Source: an uncultured Planctomycetia bacterium
GTDB lineage: Bacteria > Omnitrophota > Gorgyraeia > Duberdicusellales > 4484-171
Length of the DNA: 64,000 bases
Assembly (NCBI GenBank): GCA_964635565.1
Contig: CAZWON010000001.1
Span: 71,020 to 135,019 of the forward strand
Direction of reading: 5' to 3'
Shown here: positions 8,700 to 17,315 of the stretch, in pieces
How the letters are laid out: each line of letters begins with the position of its first letter
Position numbering within the stretch: position 1 is the first letter of the stretch
Translations under genes and position numbers: made by a program
Notes under the pieces: model-generated
The model's input: the letters and a program-made list of their open reading frames with translations, nothing else
Databases searched by the model: none
Told to the model about the DNA's origin: nothing

Positions 8700-9597
8700 A
8701 TGAATGAGAAAGAATGTGTATTGTGTGGCTCAACAGAAATAAAAATAATCTTTTCTTCTCCCCTAAATAATACAAAAAAGATAGAACAATTTGGTTTTTC
8801 ACCTACTGTCTCCGATTTTGGTGTTTTTTATAAGCTAGCACAGTGTCAGGAATGCGGAGTGGTATTTTCTTTACTAGATAATCAAGATTTAACTTTATCA
8901 TACTCAGCCTCTAATGATGATTTATATTTAAATCAAGCTTTAGAGAGGACAGTTACTTATAAGCGTATATTGCGAGATATTAAAAAATTTGTTTCTGATA
9001 ATGCTTGTTTTTTAGATGTTGGATGTTCTTATGGATTATTGCTAAAGTTAGCTAAAGAAGTTGGTTCTAAAGTTTATGGAGTTGAGCTAAGCGAAAATGC
9101 TTGCAGATATGCAAGAGAAAAATTAGGGTTAAATGTTGTATGCGCAGATGTAGCAGAGATTAAATTTTCTAATAATTATTTCGATGTAATTACAGCTATA
9201 GAAATAATTGAACATTTAAGTAATCCTAAAAATTTTATACTCCATATGTATAAAATATTAAAACCGGGGGGATATTATATTTAGTGACTCCTAACCTAAG
9301 AAGCCTTTCGGCAAAGATTTTTGGATACCAGTGGTGGTTTTACAGAAGAATGTATTTATATTATTTTTCTGACAGTGCGCTTCAGAATTTTTTAAATAGA
9401 AATGGATTTTTAGTAATATCTGCTAAACCCTATAAGAAAACTTTTAAGATTAATTACATACTGCGTCAACTTTCTAAATCTAAAATAAATAAAATATTTT
9501 ACAATATACTCAATAAAATAGTTAATTTCTTGAGGGTTAGGAACTTATATTTACAGGTAGTTTTGGCGATGTCGTTATGATAGCAAAAAAGATATAG
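8700..9597 (+). pseudogene. Frameshifted class I SAM-dependent methyltransferase with N-terminal Cys4 Zn-ribbon (track ORFs 8700-9284 and 9284-9580)
   Basis: CVLCGS..CQECG, FLDVGCSYG, IEHLSNP, LKPGG. One extra G in the G6 run (9266-9271) restores KPGGILYLVTPN. A second shift near 9550 would give the family-like end GSFGDVVMIAKKI*. Confidence 0.8.
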
Positions 9598-9605
9598 GCA
9601 TATTG

Positions 9606-10820
9606 ATGAATTGGAAACTAGTACGATGGATAGATATTTATATAGGAATACCTCTGGTATATTTAATATTTCTTATAAAGAAAATATTCAGATTATCTAA
9701 CATTTCTTCAGAAGAATATAATAATCTTTTGTTTATTAAATTTTGGGGTATAGGTAATATCATTATGATTTTACCTGCAGCGAGTGCATTAAAGAAGAAG
9801 TATAAAAATGCAAATATAGACTTATTAACTTTAACAAACAATAAGGATGCTTCTCGTTCTGCAGGGATTTTTAGGGATATTTATACTATAGATACAACCC
9901 ATATAGTTAAATTTCTTATTACCTCTATAAGGACATTTAAAATATTGATTAAGAAAGATTATGATGTAATAGTTGACTTTGAACAGTTCGCAAGGTTTTC
10001 AGCAATATGGTGTGCTCTTATAGGAAGAAAAAAAACTGTGGGGTTTAATACTAAAGGGCAACATCGCTTTATATTATATACAAATCCTACTGTCTATAGA
10101 GACGACATTCATATTACAAAATCTTTTTATAGTTTAGTAGAGTCTTTGGGAGTTCTTGCTATAGACGAGATAGAGCCTTTTCCTTTAAACTGCCATGATC
10201 ATTGTATTAGGACGGTAAGAAGCATATTATCTAAGGAAGGAGTTTTTCCTGAAGATATTATAATTATTCTTCATGTAGGAACAAGTAAGAATTTTGCACT
10301 TAGACGCTGGCCCTTTGAGCATTTTGCTGAATTATCTGACAGATTAATAAATAATTTTGACGTAAAGATAATTTTTACAGGATTGACAGAAGAAAAGGTT
10401 TTAATAGAAAGAGTTTTTGCAATGATAAAGAATAAAAAAGGAGCAATTAATCTAAGTGGAAAGTTTAATTTTGAAGAATTTATAGCCTTAATTAGACTAA
10501 GTGACTTAGTTGTCTCAGCTGATACCGCCCCTGTTCATATTGCTACTTCTTTGGGAGTCCCTGTAGTAGGACTTTATGGCCCAAACACCCCCTTTCTATA
10601 TGGACCATGGGGTAAGAAGAGTATATGGTTTTATAGACAATTAGAGTGTGCTCCTTGCATAACAAATTATAATGCTAAAATAAACAAATGTGGGCATCCC
10701 GAAGGTCAAGGGGCATGTATGAGAAAGATTAGCCCAGATGAGGTATTTTTGGGAATAGTTACTAATTACTTTGACGAAAAATCACCTTTTAGGTTGGAGA
10801 AGTTGAAAGTAAATGCGTAG
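9606..10820 (+). CDS. Glycosyltransferase family 9 (heptosyltransferase-like)
   Basis: IKFWGIGNII, LRRWPFEHFAEL, VSADTAPVHIATSLGVPVVGLYGP GT9 motifs; ATG at 9606 (TTG at 9603). Confidence 0.88.
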   Translation: MNWKLVRWIDIYIGIPLVYLIFLIKKIFRLSNISSEEYNNLLFIKFWGIGNIIMILPAASALKKKYKNANIDLLTLTNNKDASRSAGIFRDIYTIDTTHIVKFLITSIRTFKILIKKDYDVIVDFEQFARFSAIWCALIGRKKTVGFNTKGQHRFILYTNPTVYRDDIHITKSFYSLVESLGVLAIDEIEPFPLNCHDHCIRTVRSILSKEGVFPEDIIIILHVGTSKNFALRRWPFEHFAELSDRLINNFDVKIIFTGLTEEKVLIERVFAMIKNKKGAINLSGKFNFEEFIALIRLSDLVVSADTAPVHIATSLGVPVVGLYGPNTPFLYGPWGKKSIWFYRQLECAPCITNYNAKINKCGHPEGQGACMRKISPDEVFLGIVTNYFDEKSPFRLEKLKVNA

Positions 10821-11877
10821 ATTGATAGGATTAGCAAAGAATATACTCGTTAGTAATTTTACCGATTTAAGGTATCCCTATAGATTTACTTATATTTTAA
10901 CCTACCGATGTAATCTTAGATGTAATATGTGTAATATTTGGCAAGAACATAAGGAAGAAGAGCTATCCGTCGCTCAGATAAAGAAGTTTTTTAAAAATTT
11001 TTGCAAATTTTCGTGGATTAATGTAAGTGGGGGAGAAATATTTTTAAGAGAAGATTTGTTAGATATTTTTGATATTATTCTCACAACTTGCAAAGATCTG
11101 TATCTTTTAGATTTTCCTACGAATGGTTTCCAGACCAAACTTATTCTTGAGGTAATAAACAGGTTGTTAGTTAATTATAAGATACCCAAGATATTAGTCA
11201 CTATCAGTTTAGATGGTCCGCAAAAGTTACATGATCAGATACGGGGAGTTGAGGGTTCTTGGGATAGAGCTGTGGAAACTTTCAGGCAATTACGTAAATT
11301 AAGAAGTGCAAGGTTTAATGTATTTTTCGGCACTACCTTACAGCCAGCGAATATAGGAAAATTTGATGAGACAGTTAAATCTGTAGAAGAAAAAATTGGT
11401 AATATCCGTTATAATGACTTCCATGTAAATTTAATTCAGTATTCCCCTCATTATTATAAAAATATAGATACATCAGATTCTAATGATTATGATAAATTAT
11501 GGCCTCAGTTAGAAAGAATTATTAGAAGACGTAAGATTTTTTTGTTTAGCCCTATTGGTTTTCTTGAATATGAATATCAGAAATTAGCCAGAATTTATTT
11601 ATCAGAAAAAAAGACGCCTATTACTTGTCAGGCTTTTTCCGCATCTTTTTTTATGGATCCAGAGGGTAATATTTTTCCTTGTAGTATATATAATAAGTCT
11701 ATAGGTAATATCGTTGACTTTGATTATGATATAAATAAGATGTGGGATACTGTTTCTAGATATAGAATAAGAGAAGAGATTCGCAAGCAAAAGTGCCCTC
11801 AATGTTGGACACCTTGTGAAGCATATCAAAGTATTTTGGCTAATTTATTTGTTGTCTTTAAAAGGGGTAGACTATGA
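10813..11877 (+). CDS. Radical SAM protein with SPASM/Twitch-type C-terminal domain
   Basis: CNLRCNMC (CxxxCxxC), SGGEIFLR, SLDG, C-terminal TCQA..GNIFPC..CPQCWTPCE. Confidence 0.9.
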   Translation: MRRLIGLAKNILVSNFTDLRYPYRFTYILTYRCNLRCNMCNIWQEHKEEELSVAQIKKFFKNFCKFSWINVSGGEIFLREDLLDIFDIILTTCKDLYLLDFPTNGFQTKLILEVINRLLVNYKIPKILVTISLDGPQKLHDQIRGVEGSWDRAVETFRQLRKLRSARFNVFFGTTLQPANIGKFDETVKSVEEKIGNIRYNDFHVNLIQYSPHYYKNIDTSDSNDYDKLWPQLERIIRRRKIFLFSPIGFLEYEYQKLARIYLSEKKTPITCQAFSASFFMDPEGNIFPCSIYNKSIGNIVDFDYDINKMWDTVSRYRIREEIRKQKCPQCWTPCEAYQSILANLFVVFKRGRL

Positions 11878-12974
11878 TTAGAAAAGTCTATATTGATTTT
11901 ATAAAAAATAAAGTTGTTGAAGGAAAGTGGGATTGGTTTTTTAAAAGATTCTGGCAATACTTTATTATTCATATTTCTTTTATTGCGGGTCGGCCTTTCT
12001 GTGGTCCGATTTTAGGTACTTTTGTTGTTAATTATCGATGTAACTATAAGTGTAAAATGTGTGATTTGCCATTGAGAGATAAGTTTATCCAAAAGCAGGG
12101 GTTAAAAGAATTCTCAACCTTACAGTTAAAAAAAATTCTTAAGGAATTTGCAAGCTTGGGGACAGCGGGTATAGGTTTTACAGGAGGAGAGCCACTTTTA
12201 CGAGAAGATATATTTGAGCTTATGAAGTATTCAAAGGAATTAGGTATGATTACTCACTTAAATACTAATGGGTTTTTCCTTGATAGCGAAAATATCAAAA
12301 GGCTTCTATATGCTAATGTTGACTCTATAAATATTTCTTTAGATGGAGCCTATGCTTCTACTCACGATGCAATTAGAGGTTATCGGGGGGCATTTGATAG
12401 GGTAGTTTATGCTGTAGAGTGTATTGATTTCATGCGAAAGAAAATGGGTGTTCCTATACGCGTGAAAGTAGTGACTGTAATAGGTAAAGATAATATCGAT
12501 GAGATACCCGATTTGTTTAAACTAGCTCATAGTTTAAAAGTAGACTGTATTGAGTTTATCCCACAACAGCCTTTTTCTGTTTTGACAGATGATACTCCTG
12601 TGAATTTTGATAATATTTTTTTAGAAAAGATAGATACAGTGGTTGATTATATTTTGAAGGAGGGGAAGAAGATAGTAAGGGTAGAAAATTCACCTCGTCA
12701 TTTAAAATTATTTAAGAATTCTTTTGGGGGTGAAAAGTCACCCCTTATTTGTTTTGCGGGATATAATTCTTATGCTGTGGATTGCTATGGTCAAATTTTT
12801 CCCTGTATGCCATGGGTTAATTGGGGGAAATCCGTGGGAAATGTAAAAGAGAGTTCCCTTAAGAAATTTTGGTATTCAGCAATGTATAATAAGATACGGC
12901 GTGATATTTCAAAGTGCAGAGATTGTTATCTGAATTGTCAGGCAGAGTTAAATATTTTGTTTAATATAATTTAA
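11874..12974 (+). CDS. Radical SAM protein with SPASM/Twitch-type C-terminal domain
   Basis: CNYKCKMC, TGGEPLLR, NTNG, SLDG, C-terminal ICFAG..GQIFPC..CRDCYLNC. Confidence 0.9.
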   Translation: MIRKVYIDFIKNKVVEGKWDWFFKRFWQYFIIHISFIAGRPFCGPILGTFVVNYRCNYKCKMCDLPLRDKFIQKQGLKEFSTLQLKKILKEFASLGTAGIGFTGGEPLLREDIFELMKYSKELGMITHLNTNGFFLDSENIKRLLYANVDSINISLDGAYASTHDAIRGYRGAFDRVVYAVECIDFMRKKMGVPIRVKVVTVIGKDNIDEIPDLFKLAHSLKVDCIEFIPQQPFSVLTDDTPVNFDNIFLEKIDTVVDYILKEGKKIVRVENSPRHLKLFKNSFGGEKSPLICFAGYNSYAVDCYGQIFPCMPWVNWGKSVGNVKESSLKKFWYSAMYNKIRRDISKCRDCYLNCQAELNILFNII

Positions 12975-13012
12975 AAAAGAGTTTAATTATTTTATAGAGG
13001 TTAAATTAATTA

Positions 13013-14821
13013 ATGAAGAATAAAAAAAACCTTTTTCTTCGTTCTACAATACCATTACCATTCTGTATTATAAGTGCAGTTTTTTTATATTTTCTTGCTT
13101 TAAGCTGGTTAAAATGGGGCAACCCTGTTGTCGATACTTTTAGAGACCAGTGGGTAGCTTATAACTTAACTGTAGGAAAAACTTTATATAAAGATATTTT
13201 TTACCATTATGGTTTTTTAGCGCCTTATTCTATTTCTTTTTTGTATAAAATATTTGGTGTAAATATAATATACTCAGTTTTTTTAGGGATATTTATTACT
13301 GGTTTTTCCTGTTATTTTCTTTATAAACTTTCTCGCCTTTTTCTTAATAGGGCATTTTCTACAGTTCTTTTATTAAACTTTCTTTTAGTTTTTGCTTTTG
13401 GATGTTATTGTTCTAACTGTATTTTTAATTTTATATTACCTTATAGTTTTTCTTCTACTTTTCTTATAATGTTTATTCTTTCTTCACTATACTTCTATAT
13501 TAAATTTATAAGAAAAAAGCACTATAGATATTTGGTCTTTTGGGCGCTTTCTATATATTTTGTTTTTTTATCTCGTGTAGATTTTGGTGTTTTTATTTGG
13601 TTAGTATTTGTTGCGATTTTTATAGGATGTATCCCCAAAGAAAGAAAATCGAAGGTTATTATATATATGTTTATTCCTTTTTTGATGAGTTTATTGTCTT
13701 ACTGGCTATTTTTATATCTTAATAATGCCTTTTTTTATTTCCGTGAATCTATAATTAATATGATTTCTTTCTGTTTAGAAGGAGGGAATAAGTTTGATTA
13801 TATTATCTCAGGGTTTGATAATCTTTCTTATAATTTAAAAAATATTATTATCTCTTTTTTTTCTCAGTTTATAATAGCTTTTCTATTTTATTTAATGAGT
13901 GTTGTAATACATATTTTCCTTAAAAGAACAACAATAAAATTATTTCCTCTTTTATTATATACTATATTAGGAATAGTTTCGTTTAGAGTTACTTTTCTTT
14001 TTGTCGGAGTTGTTAACTTTTTCCTTCAATACAGATTAATACCTCTAGTGCTTCTTGGGGGAATAATGATATATATTTTTAGGTTATTTTTTAGTAAAGA
14101 AAAAGAGAAGATTTCTTCATATTTAGTTTTATTTGTTATTTCACTTTTGCTTATATTAAGGATAATATTTCTTGCTTCTCCTAATGGGTATGGTTTTTTT
14201 CTTTTAGTTCCCAGTTTAGTCTGTTATTATATTTTCTTTAAAGATATATGTTTTCCTTTGTTTACCTTTATCATAAGAGTTGCAATTAATAAAAATGTAA
14301 AACGCTATTATCTGTTTTCTGTTTCTATTTTCTTTGTTTTACTGTCTTTGTTATTTGCCAGATTTAATTATGAGAGTTATAGTATGAAAAAATGCTCTAT
14401 TTTTACTCCGAGGGGAAATTTGTATTTTTTCTGCACGCCCTGCACGCAGAGATTCTGGGAAACGGTTTATTTTTTAAGAAAGCATACTGCTAAGAATGCA
14501 AAAGTTGTTGTTTTCCCCGAAGGAATAGGAATAAATTTTTTTTCTCAAAGAGATAACCCTTTACGGTATCATACTTTTCTTCCTCCTATAGTCAGAATTG
14601 TTACGGAAAATAAAATAATAAAGAACTTAAATAAATACAAAATAGATTATATAATAATACTTTCCAGAGCTACATATGAATATGGATATCCTTTTTTTGG
14701 TATTCACTATGGGGAAAATATTTATCATTGGATATTAAATAATTATGAACTTATTAAAGTCTTTGGTCCTTATCCTTTTACTTCTTTAGAATTTGGGGTG
14801 GCGATATTTAAGAGAAAATAA
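13013..14821 (+). CDS. Polytopic membrane protein, probable GT-C fold glycosyltransferase (ArnT/PMT-like)
   Basis: Many hydrophobic segments; acidic first loop VVDTFRD followed by GKTLYKDIFYHYG; soluble C-terminal domain; glycosyltransferase context. Confidence 0.65.
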   Translation: MKNKKNLFLRSTIPLPFCIISAVFLYFLALSWLKWGNPVVDTFRDQWVAYNLTVGKTLYKDIFYHYGFLAPYSISFLYKIFGVNIIYSVFLGIFITGFSCYFLYKLSRLFLNRAFSTVLLLNFLLVFAFGCYCSNCIFNFILPYSFSSTFLIMFILSSLYFYIKFIRKKHYRYLVFWALSIYFVFLSRVDFGVFIWLVFVAIFIGCIPKERKSKVIIYMFIPFLMSLLSYWLFLYLNNAFFYFRESIINMISFCLEGGNKFDYIISGFDNLSYNLKNIIISFFSQFIIAFLFYLMSVVIHIFLKRTTIKLFPLLLYTILGIVSFRVTFLFVGVVNFFLQYRLIPLVLLGGIMIYIFRLFFSKEKEKISSYLVLFVISLLLILRIIFLASPNGYGFFLLVPSLVCYYIFFKDICFPLFTFIIRVAINKNVKRYYLFSVSIFFVLLSLLFARFNYESYSMKKCSIFTPRGNLYFFCTPCTQRFWETVYFLRKHTAKNAKVVVFPEGIGINFFSQRDNPLRYHTFLPPIVRIVTENKIIKNLNKYKIDYIIILSRATYEYGYPFFGIHYGENIYHWILNNYELIKVFGPYPFTSLEFGVAIFKRK

Positions 14822-14854
14822 AATTTGTTATAATATTAAGAGAAAGGGGTAAAG

Positions 14855-15580
14855 ATGTTAAGAGCAGGGATAAGTGGTATTTGTGGGAGAATGGGAAGGA
14901 GAATTCTTAATTTGAGTAAAAAAGATAAAGATATTGAAGTTGTTATAGGGTTAGAAAAAACTGGCCATAAGGATGTAGGAAATATAGTTGAAGGGGTAAA
15001 AGTCACAGATAAATTAATAGAATTAGAAAGGTGCGATTGCCTCATTGAATTTTCTACGCCCACTGCTACTTTAGAACATCTTAGATATTTAGTTACATTA
15101 AAAAAAACAGCAGTAGTAGGGACAACAGGTTTTAGTGACGATGAGGCTGATGAGGTAAAAAGAATAGCAGAAAAGATTCCTATAGTATTTTCTCCTAATA
15201 TGAGCATTGGTGTTAACTTAGTTTTTCGTCTGGTGAAAGAAGCAGCAAAAGTATTAAAAGAGTATGAGGTTTATATTGAAGAGGCTCATCATATTCATAA
15301 AAAAGATGCCCCTAGCGGAACCGCCAAAAAAATAGCAAATATTATAAATAGTGAGGGTTTCAGCATAAAGACAGAAGATATTGTTTCTATTCGTGAAGAT
15401 GAGATTGTAGGTGACCATAGCGTTATCTTTAAGAGCACATTAGATGAGATTGAACTTTCCCATTCCGCAAAGACACGTGATATATTTGCTCAAGGAGCAA
15501 TTGTAGCAGCAAAATGGATAAAAGATAAAAAGAAAGGCCTTTACTCTATGGAGGATGTACTTTTTGGAAGGGATTCATAA
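14855..15580 (+). CDS. dapB: 4-hydroxy-tetrahydrodipicolinate reductase
   Basis: GICGRMG, VGTTG, PNMSIGVN, EAHHIHKKDAPSGTA, FAQGA. Confidence 0.96.
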   Translation: MLRAGISGICGRMGRRILNLSKKDKDIEVVIGLEKTGHKDVGNIVEGVKVTDKLIELERCDCLIEFSTPTATLEHLRYLVTLKKTAVVGTTGFSDDEADEVKRIAEKIPIVFSPNMSIGVNLVFRLVKEAAKVLKEYEVYIEEAHHIHKKDAPSGTAKKIANIINSEGFSIKTEDIVSIREDEIVGDHSVIFKSTLDEIELSHSAKTRDIFAQGAIVAAKWIKDKKKGLYSMEDVLFGRDS

Positions 15581-15606
15581 ATCTCTTTAAGATAAAGAGG
15601 AGGGAT

Positions 15607-16764
15607 ATGAAAAAGAAAAAATTACTTTTATCACAACGATTACAGAGATTACCTCCTTATCTTTTTGCTCAAATTGAACGTAAGAAACAAAAGTTAAGAA
15701 AAAGAAGGGTTGTGCTAAAAGATTTAAGTATAGGTGATCCGGATATTTTAGCTCCTTGGGGGGTAATCAACACTCTTTATAGGTCCGCTAAACAAAAAGA
15801 TAATCAGAAGTATGCTTTAGACCAGGGCAAAGAAAATTTAAGAAATTCTATAAAAAAATGGATGAAAAAAAGATTCGGAATTAATTTAGATAAGGAAAGA
15901 GAAATTTTACCTTTAATTGGTTCCAAAGAAGGATTAGTACATTTACCATTAGCATTTGTTAATCCCGGCGAGTATGTTCTTGTTCCTTCTCCTGGTTATC
16001 CTGGTTATAGAGGAGCTGTGGTTTTAGCTTTAGGGAAAATTTATGAGATGCCCCTAAGAGAAGATAATAATTTTTTACCCTCTTTAGAGAAGATACCGTT
16101 GGGGATAAGAAATAAAAGTAAACTTATGTATTTAAATTATCCTAATAATCCTACAACTGCTTTAGCGCCTCGTGAGTTCTTAAAAGAAGTGGTTAAGTTC
16201 TGCTCTCATTATGGTATTATTCTTGCTTACGATAATGCCTATTCAGAAATTTACTTTGAGAGAAAACCTTTAAGTATCTTTCAGATAAAAGGAGCTGAAG
16301 AAATAGCTATTGAGTTTCACTCTTTTTCCAAGACCTTTTGTATGACAGGCTTTCGTATTGGTTGGGCTTCTGGTAACAAAGGTTTGATTAAGTGTCTCTT
16401 GAAAATAAAGACGAATATTGATTCAGGAATTTTTGGTGCCATTCAGGATGCAGGAGCTTATGCCTTAGATAAAGAGAAAGGGTATGTTAGAAACTTAAGA
16501 AAGATTATTAGAGAAAGAAGAGATTTTTTTGTTAAAGGGTTAAATCAGAAAGGATTTAAGAAGATATACGCTTATAGCACTTTCTATGTATGGGTGAAGA
16601 TACCTCTATCTTTTAAATCTTCTATGGATTTTTCCCATTATCTTTTAAATAAAAAAATTGTTGCCACGCCAGGAATAGGTTTTGGTAAATATGGTGAAGG
16701 ATTTGTAAGATTTGCTCTTACAGTAGATATTACCGAACTAAAAGAAGCAATTAGAAGGATATAG
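15607..16764 (+). CDS. dapL: LL-diaminopimelate aminotransferase (class I/II PLP aminotransferase)
   Basis: LPPYLFA, LIGSKEG, YPNNPT, DNAYSE, SFSKTFCMTGFRIG; lies in the dap operon with no dapD/C/E. Confidence 0.8.
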   Translation: MKKKKLLLSQRLQRLPPYLFAQIERKKQKLRKRRVVLKDLSIGDPDILAPWGVINTLYRSAKQKDNQKYALDQGKENLRNSIKKWMKKRFGINLDKEREILPLIGSKEGLVHLPLAFVNPGEYVLVPSPGYPGYRGAVVLALGKIYEMPLREDNNFLPSLEKIPLGIRNKSKLMYLNYPNNPTTALAPREFLKEVVKFCSHYGIILAYDNAYSEIYFERKPLSIFQIKGAEEIAIEFHSFSKTFCMTGFRIGWASGNKGLIKCLLKIKTNIDSGIFGAIQDAGAYALDKEKGYVRNLRKIIRERRDFFVKGLNQKGFKKIYAYSTFYVWVKIPLSFKSSMDFSHYLLNKKIVATPGIGFGKYGEGFVRFALTVDITELKEAIRRI

Positions 16765-16803
16765 CATAGAGCAGGTAGAAAGTTAGTTTATAGCTTTTAG
16801 CTT
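16761..16803 (+). repeat. Degenerate 7-nt tandem repeat (~WTAGCWT) overlapping the dapL stop
   Basis: ATAGCAT AGAGCAG GTAGAAA G TTAGTTT ATAGCTT TTAGCTT. Confidence 0.5.
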
Positions 16804-16853
16804 CTGAAGATAATTAACAGTAAAATAGGAAAAGTTTATTATTTTATGATGGG

Positions 16854-17315
16854 ATGAGAAAAAAAGTGGCATTCATTTCATTAGGGTCTAATTTAGGAGA
16901 CCGAAGAGAAAATCTGAAAAAAGCTCTTGAATATATGGAGGCACATCCAGAGATAACTATCGAGAAGGTTTCTTCATTTATTGAGAGCAAACCTGTTGGC
17001 GGACCACCTCAGGGTGACTATCTTAACGGTGTAGTTAAAATAAACACAACGCTTTCTCCTTATGAGCTTCTTTCTACTCTTAAAGATATAGAGAAAAAAC
17101 TCGGACGAAAAAGAACAATAAGATTTGGACCACGTACAATTGATTTGGATATTCTTTTGTATAGAAAAGAGGTTATAGATGAGGATACATTGAAGATTCC
17201 TCATCCCCGTATGTTTGAACGTGAGTTCGTTTTAAAGCCTCTTTTTGAGATAGAACCGGAAATGAGAAAGTTTATTTGTAATTTTAAGAAAACACAAATA
17301 CGGTCTAGAAAATAA
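16854..17315 (+). CDS. folK: 2-amino-4-hydroxy-6-hydroxymethyldihydropteridine diphosphokinase
   Basis: SLGSNLGDR, FGPRTIDLDIL, IPHPRMFEREFVLKP. Confidence 0.96.
   Translation: MRKKVAFISLGSNLGDRRENLKKALEYMEAHPEITIEKVSSFIESKPVGGPPQGDYLNGVVKINTTLSPYELLSTLKDIEKKLGRKRTIRFGPRTIDLDILLYRKEVIDEDTLKIPHPRMFEREFVLKPLFEIEPEMRKFICNFKKTQIRSRK

Noticed and set aside
10813-12974. RiPP cluster interpretation of the two SPASM enzymes
   Set aside because: No precursor peptide, RRE domain, peptidase or exporter nearby; all neighbours are glycan enzymes.
13540-13722. Alternative-frame ORF inside the GT-C-like gene (likewise 20995-21303 inside uvrA)
   Set aside because: Nested out of frame in intact genes, with no RBS or motif support.
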